The notes beneath the pieces were generated by a model. That model searched no databases, was not told the DNA's origin, and saw only the letters and a program-made list of their open reading frames with translations. Below are positions 51,584 to 58,618 of a stretch of DNA of 63,911 bases, piece by piece (the first letter of the stretch is position 1; the number at the start of each line of letters is the position of its first letter). The stretch comes from a bacterium (GTDB lineage: Bacteria > SZUA-182 > DTGQ01). The stretch covers positions 1-63,911 of the forward strand of contig JBFMGO010000022.1 of NCBI GenBank assembly GCA_040752695.1, given 5' to 3'. The position numbers were made by a program, and so were the translations under genes.

Positions 51584-52888
51584 TCAAGAATATTCTTTTA
51601 TCCGGTTGGCAATACATCCTTGCTGGTGAATGCCATCTTTATTCCGGTAAGCAGTACCGCATCTTATGGCTCTTTGCTCATCCTGAAACCTGGAATACAT
51701 GAACTGCTCGACTTCAATCAGTACCAGACAATCATCTCCTTTGCTCCGGATAAAGCCATGGATAGATCTGAGTAATTTGGCCCTTTTCCCTTTATAGGCG
51801 CAAGTGAATAAAAGATACAATATGGTCAGGTAACTTATCCAGCCCGGCAGGCCCGTCCTTGTATAGCTGGCTAACCTTTTGTAGAGTAAAGACCTGTCTA
51901 CAAAATCGTCAAGAGGATACAGACCACCGTTTTCGATCAGGATAGCTGTCATGACACCGCAATCCGGGTGGATCTCCATACTCAGCGGCCTGAATCTCGG
52001 TATCGGCCAGAAAAATTCGGAGCTTAATACGGATGATAGTCCAGGATACGACTCCAGCGATCTGAGGGTTTCTTCCCGGTTCACTATTTTATCCTCTTCA
52101 ATCTCGGTGTATCCAGTAGGGAAATATGGCTGAAGGATTACCATATTGAGATGGGGCCTAAATTGAAGGCAAAATTGAATTAATAGCCCTAACTCTTTGA
52201 GATTATATCGGGTAACGGTAATCACAGCCGATATTCTCAATCCAGCCTTTTGGCAGTTTTTGAAGGCTTCGATTTTTTCCTCGATAAACGTGTTGTTTCT
52301 ATGCTTTTTGTGAGTAGCGGTGTCGATGCTGTCCAGTTGTATCCCTATGCCGCTTAAGCCATTCTTTTTCAAGGCCCTTGCCAGACCCGGATCCTTGGCC
52401 AGTAAATATCCGTTAGAAGCCATGTTGACCATTAATCCGAGTTTTTTTAATCCCCGGATGATCCGGAGTAACTGCCTGTGCAAAGTGGGCTCCCCACCGG
52501 TAAGAGTCACTTCGTAGCCCCTCTCTTTTTTGATGGTCTTACCGATCTCGATAATCTCATCAAGCGGTTTGTAGGTTTTTGGTCCACTTTTATTGGAACT
52601 GCAAAAGCAAAATTTGCATTGAAAATTACAGTCATTGGTTATTTCGATGAGGTTGATATGGCGATAGCCGATAAAATCAGCCGGTTCATTGAAGTCATAG
52701 TTTGCTTTAGCTCTGATTTTCCTGAATAGTTCCGCATCGGTAGAGACGAGTTGAGTAAACTTTTTTTGAGGGCAATCGACTATAAAATAAACTGCATTAC
52801 CCTTTTGCTCGTATCGCGCCGGATGGGTCAGGCAGCAATCCGGGCAGAAGGAGGTAGTTTTATTAATAACGTGAAAGTCTTCATTCAC
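51584..52888 (-). CDS. MJ0619/Tes (tetraether synthase)-family radical SAM protein
   Basis: TTSFCPDC-x20-CP N-terminus; EITNDCNFQCKFC; GGEPTLH; HPDCG; FM-x4-D-x2-R-x2-RC-x3-Y-x3-DG-x5-C-x2-N C-terminus. Confidence 0.8.
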   Translation of the reverse strand: MNEDFHVINKTTSFCPDCCLTHPARYEQKGNAVYFIVDCPQKKFTQLVSTDAELFRKIRAKANYDFNEPADFIGYRHINLIEITNDCNFQCKFCFCSSNKSGPKTYKPLDEIIEIGKTIKKERGYEVTLTGGEPTLHRQLLRIIRGLKKLGLMVNMASNGYLLAKDPGLARALKKNGLSGIGIQLDSIDTATHKKHRNNTFIEEKIEAFKNCQKAGLRISAVITVTRYNLKELGLLIQFCLQFRPHLNMVILQPYFPTGYTEIEEDKIVNREETLRSLESYPGLSSVLSSEFFWPIPRFRPLSMEIHPDCGVMTAILIENGGLYPLDDFVDRSLLYKRLASYTRTGLPGWISYLTILYLLFTCAYKGKRAKLLRSIHGFIRSKGDDCLVLIEVEQFMYSRFQDEQRAIRCGTAYRNKDGIHQQGCIANRIKEYS

Positions 52889-52889
52889 G

Positions 52890-52965
52890 GTTTTTATCCC
52901 TCATGGCTTTTATCCACAAACCTTTTGTCCACATGCCTTTTATTCGAATGCCTTTTATCCGCACG
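52890..52965. repeat. 15-nt tandem repeat (about 5 units) with DnaA-box-like cores
   Basis: GTTTTTATCCCTCATG / GCTTTTATCCACAAA / CCTTTTGTCCACATG / CCTTTTATTCGAATG / CCTTTTATCCGCACG. Confidence 0.8.
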
Positions 52966-54817
52966 GCCTTGATCCTTCCTGGTAGTATTGTCCAACAAAT
53001 ACCGTATCCCAATCTAACTCCGTTCTGAGATAGCTTGTTTTTATATCACCGGCCTTTTTGCCTCTCTTTACGAAATAATCACGATACGTTCGATCCGCGG
53101 TGCCTTTCTTGATTAAAAAAAGCCTGAGCGGCTTCAACTGAGAGAGATTTCTCGCATGCTGATAATGAAAATTCTTAGCCAGTTCACGTTCGAACATCTC
53201 TATGATTCGCTCATACTCATAAAGCCTCCCCGGTAATGGCTCGATAAACAGGCTGTAGTGAAAGTACGGGCCATGTCTTACGGGAGCCAGCAGCCTGAAA
53301 CCAAAACCAACATGAAGAGTTTCTTCTAAAAGCGCGAAAGCCCTTGCAACATGTGATTCATTGATCTTCTCCCCTACGGTATCCGAAATAATGTCCCCTT
53401 TTGAAAGGAAATCGAAACAGGGGATCTTCCCTGTAAAGCCGGTTACCTTTACAAGATCGCAAAGTTTGTATCTAAAGAGACCACCACCGGTTGTAATAAC
53501 AACATTGTAGACATGATTCTTTTCCAATTCCCATGCATTTCGTATCAGACCTTTTGATTGCTGATCTATAAACTCAAAAAAATGTGACCGGTACGCCAGA
53601 GCTTTTTTTCCGGCTTTTCCAAAGGGGATCGATACGATTCCCTCGGTGGCTAATAACCCCTTGCCTTCCCTCTTGACCCCTGGGAAATAATCATCCAGTT
53701 TTTTGGCTGCTGCCGAAGAGTTACCATCGGTCCAGCAGCTTATCACCTTGAGCTTAGGCCATATTTTTACCGGAGCCTTTCGGTCTGAGATGTTAATTTG
53801 GGAAAGTTCCTGCGCTCTTTTAGGGTCCGGTTTCAATTTCCTTTCGAGTTTTGACCTCAACTCCCTGTCGATTTTGATTGTTTCATCGATAGTGCCAGCC
53901 TTTATATCACAGACGATCCGGCTGTAATACCTGCCGAGCTTATCCATCAATATCATCAAAAAAGTGGGATTCCAGACGGATATCAGTCTTAGATTCCGCT
54001 CTGCCACAAGAAACAGGACGGTAACGTATTCAAACCCCTGCATATCATGAATCCTGCTTACCTCAGAAGGTACGGCAAAGAGAATTTGCGCGAATAACCT
54101 CTTGACCGGATCGAGGTATTCCGCATCCTCGGCAAACCCTATCCTTATGCAGCTATCTGCTGCCTTAGGTATGCCACTATCCGGGCCGTTACCGTTACGT
54201 ATACCTCTATCTATGCTGTCACCTATGCCTCCATCCGTGGCATCCTTTACACACGCATCATCAGTGCCTTCCCCAATGCGTTCATCTGTGCAATCACTGA
54301 ATTGCGTGTTTGGACTGATCGACCAGTAATGCTTACCGAAAAGCACTTGGTAATTAAACAGGAACATGTTGGCTATCCATACATCAATGGCTTTTCGAAA
54401 CTGTTTTTGTAAGCTTCTGGTATAAGGAATAAGTTTTGATCCACCTGAGGAACCGCCTGTCGGTTCAAGGAGAAGAACCTCATCTTCGGTTAAGATTTTT
54501 CTTTCCCCTCTCCTGATATCAAGGATATATCCGGTATAATCTTCATAATCGCTGAGTGGAAGCTCTTTGTATGTTTCGAGCATGGATAAAGGGCCATCAC
54601 TGAGCATATCACTGAACGCATGGGCAAGACCATAGCTCGTACGGCTATTCTCAGTAATGATTTTTTTGATCACTTTCACCTGTGTGGCTTTCAGTGTACG
54701 ATTGCCTATACGATACCTGCACCATTCAGGAAACGAGGCGGCAAACCACAGGAAATTGGCCAGAGGTACCCTCAAGATCATGCTACGAATCATGATGCGA
54801 TTCATGTTGCGATTCAT
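52955..54817 (-). CDS. GH3-family acyl-adenylate/amide synthetase
   Basis: EPTGGSSGGSKLIP P-loop, ISVWNPTF, GLLATEG, FFEF, TTGGGLFRYKLCD, DTVGEK. Confidence 0.88.
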   Translation of the reverse strand: MNRNMNRIMIRSMILRVPLANFLWFAASFPEWCRYRIGNRTLKATQVKVIKKIITENSRTSYGLAHAFSDMLSDGPLSMLETYKELPLSDYEDYTGYILDIRRGERKILTEDEVLLLEPTGGSSGGSKLIPYTRSLQKQFRKAIDVWIANMFLFNYQVLFGKHYWSISPNTQFSDCTDERIGEGTDDACVKDATDGGIGDSIDRGIRNGNGPDSGIPKAADSCIRIGFAEDAEYLDPVKRLFAQILFAVPSEVSRIHDMQGFEYVTVLFLVAERNLRLISVWNPTFLMILMDKLGRYYSRIVCDIKAGTIDETIKIDRELRSKLERKLKPDPKRAQELSQINISDRKAPVKIWPKLKVISCWTDGNSSAAAKKLDDYFPGVKREGKGLLATEGIVSIPFGKAGKKALAYRSHFFEFIDQQSKGLIRNAWELEKNHVYNVVITTGGGLFRYKLCDLVKVTGFTGKIPCFDFLSKGDIISDTVGEKINESHVARAFALLEETLHVGFGFRLLAPVRHGPYFHYSLFIEPLPGRLYEYERIIEMFERELAKNFHYQHARNLSQLKPLRLFLIKKGTADRTYRDYFVKRGKKAGDIKTSYLRTELDWDTVFVGQYYQEGSRPCG

Positions 54818-54818
54818 G

Positions 54819-55571
54819 CTATGATATCCATTCCACCGATACGGACCTGATTACCCTCTCCATGAGATCACTTTTGAAGTTTTCCTTCTTCAAACTGGCT
54901 ATGCATACCAGTTCATCTCCCAGATAATAACGAGGATTTTTTTTCAAAAAATAACTGATATGGGGGTTACTCTGCCGGCCTTGCCTGATTGCAGCCATAT
55001 GCGGCTTCAGGTAATCACTTTGTCCATCGGTGAGGACCAGCCCGCTCTGTGAATCATAGCGGCTTGCGAATTTTATCGAGCAGATATGGTCCATCAATGC
55101 CTTTACGTTTTCCGGAGTCTGCCGGTCATAAACGGGGTAAAATTCCTTATAGTAAAGAGACAAAAACCGGTAGGTTCTGAATCCTTTTGAAATCAGCAGC
55201 CAATATAACTCATGGTGAGGAAATTTCTGGTTTAAATACAGAACAAAATGCCCAAAGGCACCCGTCAGCAGGTTATCTCGCCAGTTCTCCTGAGCTACGA
55301 GAGTATCACCACTGAACAGGAATTTGCACTGCTTTCCATCAAATGTCGTGTCAATAAGCTGTAGAGAAGAATATCCCTTTATCGATTTATCCTCATCACC
55401 AATCAGTATGCACCAATCTTTTTCCTTAAGGTCATGAACGAAATTTTCCATCCTGGCCTGATCAAAATACTGGGTATGGAGGAGAAACATCTTTTCTATT
55501 TCCGAACGGCTTATTTTATTTACCCTTTTCAGATACACCGCCAGGGTATCCTTTAATGCTTCTTCAGCCAT
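54819..55571 (-). CDS. Conserved hypothetical protein, probable GNAT-like fold
   Basis: DLKEKD, IKGYS, FSGDTLV, YWLLISKGFRTYRFL, NPHI-x-YFLKKNP-x-Y-x2-GDELVC; stop is 1 nt from the GH3 start. Confidence 0.65.
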   Translation of the reverse strand: MAEEALKDTLAVYLKRVNKISRSEIEKMFLLHTQYFDQARMENFVHDLKEKDWCILIGDEDKSIKGYSSLQLIDTTFDGKQCKFLFSGDTLVAQENWRDNLLTGAFGHFVLYLNQKFPHHELYWLLISKGFRTYRFLSLYYKEFYPVYDRQTPENVKALMDHICSIKFASRYDSQSGLVLTDGQSDYLKPHMAAIRQGRQSNPHISYFLKKNPRYYLGDELVCIASLKKENFKSDLMERVIRSVSVEWIS

Positions 55572-55707
55572 TCTCTAGCTCCTTTTTCTTTTCGCTTTCA
55601 CCTGAATTTCGCAGGAGAAATAATTTTTAGCTTCTTTTCATACTCCTGTCCATAGTCCAGTCCATACTACAGTCTCCAGTCCATACTACAGGCTTTACAG
55701 GCTTCAA

Positions 55708-57051
55708 TCACTCTTCACTCTTCTCCAGTTTCCAATCACTCTCCATATAATCAGCGCCGAATTTATCATGACTCCTGGCATATTGCCGGTAGCCAAAATT
55801 GGCCAAAAAAACGAATTCTAAAAAGCATCGCGAAGAAAAAATTCGCCTGGCAATTTGGGGATACTGATAAGATGCAGTCCATATCCATCGGTGTCCCTCT
55901 TCCAATTCATTTACACTCATTTTGCGAGGGCGAAAAACTACATGCTGAGCATCATAAAGAGTCCAGTTCTCGGTCAGGATTCGGCCTTCATTTTTAAGCC
56001 TTTTAAAAAATGGCGTACCTGGGAATGGTGTACAGATAGTATAGCGAGGCAAATCTATTGAAGCCTTCTTGACAAATTCCCATGTCCTTTGAAAGCAATC
56101 TTTATCGTCTTCATCGAGACCATGAACGAAACAGCCCATGATAGCTATTCCCCGGTCATGTAATTTTCTCACTAGGGTATAATACGTGTCTACATTGTTG
56201 AATCTCTTTTGCATCTTGTTATTGCTCGATTGCGACAGTGACTCAAAGCCGATGAGTAACCCCTTGCAGCCGCTTTCTGCCATGACATCCATCAATTCCT
56301 CATGCTCCACCAGGCGGGTCGTAGCTAAGCCCGTCCACCTCTTTTTTAAAGGGATCATGGCCTGGCAAAGCTCGACTGCATAGCGGGGATTTTCAATCGG
56401 ACTCGGATCGACAAAAGTCATATACCTGCCCGGCATGAGCTTTATCTCCGAACAGACATCTTTGATGGGCCGGTGTTCATATTTGTTCCGGCAGGTTACG
56501 GGGGTAACGCAGAATTCACACTTATTGGGACAGCCGAAAACGGCCTGGATACTATTGAGACTGATAAATGGCTTGTTTTTCAGGTATCTCCTGTCAGGAT
56601 GGGGAATAGTGCTAAAATCGATACATCCGGGAGGATAATAGAATTCCTTCAGGTTATTGTGCGTAAAATCCCGCAGTAATTGGGGCCAGGTCTGGTAAGC
56701 ATGCCCTATCACTACCGCGTCGACATGCTCTTTGGCCTCATGGGGCATAAGCGTGGCATGAGGGCCGCCCATAACTACCGTGATGCCTTTTGATCTAAAG
56801 TAGTCTGCATAAGCATATGCTCTCAGGGATGATCCGGTAATTGCCGTTAAACCAATAATATCCGCGGATATATCCTCCCTTTTAATATGCTCTACGCTTT
56901 CATCATATATTTCTACCCTGCCTTTTAATTCTCCTGGCACAAGAGAGGCAAGCGTCACCAGGTTTAAGGGTGCATACCGGAGAAAGAGGGAAAAAGCACC
57001 TGTTTTATACCGGTACATACCGGTACGGGGTGATATGAGAACGATTTTCAT
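55708..57051 (-). CDS. B12-binding-domain radical SAM protein 4
   Basis: MKIVLISP, APLNLVTLASLVP, VVMGGPHAT, GCPNKCEFC, IGFES, TPFPGT; SD AAGGAG. Confidence 0.92.
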   Translation of the reverse strand: MKIVLISPRTGMYRYKTGAFSLFLRYAPLNLVTLASLVPGELKGRVEIYDESVEHIKREDISADIIGLTAITGSSLRAYAYADYFRSKGITVVMGGPHATLMPHEAKEHVDAVVIGHAYQTWPQLLRDFTHNNLKEFYYPPGCIDFSTIPHPDRRYLKNKPFISLNSIQAVFGCPNKCEFCVTPVTCRNKYEHRPIKDVCSEIKLMPGRYMTFVDPSPIENPRYAVELCQAMIPLKKRWTGLATTRLVEHEELMDVMAESGCKGLLIGFESLSQSSNNKMQKRFNNVDTYYTLVRKLHDRGIAIMGCFVHGLDEDDKDCFQRTWEFVKKASIDLPRYTICTPFPGTPFFKRLKNEGRILTENWTLYDAQHVVFRPRKMSVNELEEGHRWIWTASYQYPQIARRIFSSRCFLEFVFLANFGYRQYARSHDKFGADYMESDWKLEKSEE

Positions 57052-57275
57052 TCTTCTCCTTCCATACCGTACTGTTTTAATGTATTTCTGCTTACTGCGT
57101 ACCGTTTTCGCGACGATTCAGTTCTCTCTGGAGGGTCTCAAATTAAATTCGATTAAACATATCGGGATTTTTTACGATTTACTTTCTATGGAAAGTAGAG
57201 TAATATGCACCTTTGGAAGAGGGGAGGACAGGGAAACTGTAGTCTGGTTAATGGCGAGGAACTCTTCACAGCTAA

Positions 57276-57343
57276 GAGCCCATCCCAAAACCTCCGGCAA
57301 TAGGCGTAATCACTCGTCTGAAATGAGGTTTTGGAATAGCCTC
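57276..57343. mobile_element. 68-bp MITE-like element, 19-bp TIRs, flanked by TAA
   Basis: taa|GAGCCCATCCCAAAACCTC ... GAGGTTTTGGAATAGCCTC|taa; TIRs match 16/19. Confidence 0.65.
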
Positions 57344-57359
57344 TAAGTTTGTAGGTTTT

Positions 57360-57422
57360 TATCATTTCGAGTGAAGCGAGAAATCTTCAAGATTCCTCGG
57401 AGCAAGCTCCTTTAGAATGACA
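57360..57422. repeat. REP-like palindrome of the TGTCATT(T/C)CGAG...GAATGACA type
   Basis: TATCATTTCGAGTGAAGCGAGAAATCT tca AGATTCCTCG...AGAATGACA. Confidence 0.65.
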
Positions 57423-57589
57423 ATTTTAATTGTGAAGAGCTCCTGGTTGCATTGGCTTATCATATTGTGTACTATCTCAATAGAGAAGAGAAAAATAACT
57501 TGTTATCTTTAAAACTCTATCTGCTGGACTAAAAGTTCAAGCCAAATTTAGCTTAGTACGCTGCATCTAAAATTCGCGGCCACTGTCGA

Positions 57590-57643
57590 TAGGGGCAGGT
57601 CCCCGTGCTAAACCCTTGGCAGCCACAAGGGGCTACCCTTACA
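57590..57643. repeat. Degenerate GTAG-type REP doublet
   Basis: TAGGGGCAGGTCCCCGTGCT ... GGCAGCCACAAGGGGCTACCCTTACA. Confidence 0.55.
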
Positions 57644-57693
57644 AGATTGAACGTGTAATTAAGACTGCCTGTACTTAAGGAGGTAAATTTTCA

Positions 57694-58005
57694 ATGCCCG
57701 CGATATCGGAAAAAATTTCTCAGTTCATCGATCATTTGGAAGAATCTGGAGGAGATTCTGAATCAAAGTTAAAAAAAATTTTAGAAAATGAGTATCGACG
57801 CAGGCTAAACAGATATCACCTCGTAGATAGACTTTTAAGAAAAAAATATAAAATGAGTTTTGAAGAGTTTAGAGACCAGGAACTACTGAAAAAATTAAAT
57901 TACTCTTTAGATGCTGAATCTGACTTTTGCGATTGGGAAATGGCCATAACCGGAATTGAATACTTGCAAAAAGATTTATCGGAATTACTGGAAAGAGACG
58001 CATGA
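57694..58005 (+). CDS. Small helical protein, putative antitoxin
   Basis: SD AAGGAGG; 103 aa; KYKMSFEEF...DFCDWEMA; ATGA overlap with the next gene. Confidence 0.6.
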   Translation: MPAISEKISQFIDHLEESGGDSESKLKKILENEYRRRLNRYHLVDRLLRKKYKMSFEEFRDQELLKKLNYSLDAESDFCDWEMAITGIEYLQKDLSELLERDA

Positions 58006-58355
58006 GGGTTGAAGATCTGGAAATAGAAGCGATAGAGGCCACGAAGAAATTCCCATTCCTGAAGAGAGTAGAAGTGGTTGATAAACACCCGTGTGCTATC
58101 AAGCTCAAACTTTATATTGAAGAAAATTTCTACGTCCAGGCCTACTGCAATACAGCAACAAAAACAACTAATTTTGTTGCCATAGTTGGCAATCAAAGGA
58201 TTTTTGGAAGAGATTGCATTCGGGAAAGTTGGCACTTGCATCCATTTCACGATCCTGATACTCATGATTTCTCTTCAGAAGGAAGAAGAAAGATCAGCTT
58301 GACTGATTTTTTAGAAGAATTGCAGGAAATTATTGAAAAAGAAGAATTGCTCTGA
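58002..58355 (+). CDS. Putative toxin (DUF6516/TumE-like)
   Basis: 117 aa; RIFGRD-x4-WHLHP-x5-H His cluster; translationally coupled to the upstream gene. Confidence 0.5.
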   Translation: MRVEDLEIEAIEATKKFPFLKRVEVVDKHPCAIKLKLYIEENFYVQAYCNTATKTTNFVAIVGNQRIFGRDCIRESWHLHPFHDPDTHDFSSEGRRKISLTDFLEELQEIIEKEELL

Positions 58356-58530
58356 TTCCAATCCGCTCAATTCCATAACGGCTTTTATTCCCATTTCGGT
58401 TTTCAATTGAATTCATAGAGCGATTTTCAATTTGCATTCAATGCGAATTTGTAAGCACTGCATATAATGCTCTGCCCTCTGTGCCTGGACACCGAAGTTC
58501 ACGTCGAGGTTAACTTCATGCCTGGCGCAC

Positions 58531-58568
58531 TAAAAAATAAGAGGTAGACCCCGATCGGGCCTACCTCT
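58531..58568 (-). terminator. Intrinsic terminator of the surface-protein gene
   Basis: Minus strand AGAGGTAGGCCC-GATCG-GGGTCTACCTCT followed by TATTTTTT. Confidence 0.8.
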
Positions 58569-58618
58569 CATCTACTTCTACGGGCTTGTCAAACTTACCC
58601 TTATCAAGAAAATCGAGA

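Noticed and set aside
52890..52965. Replication origin
   Set aside because: One perfect DnaA box in a 66-nt gap inside an operon; no unwinding element or dnaA/dnaN nearby.
55656..55691. 17-bp direct repeat TCCAGTCCATACTACAG x2
   Set aside because: Real, but most simply a local slippage duplication with no supportable function.
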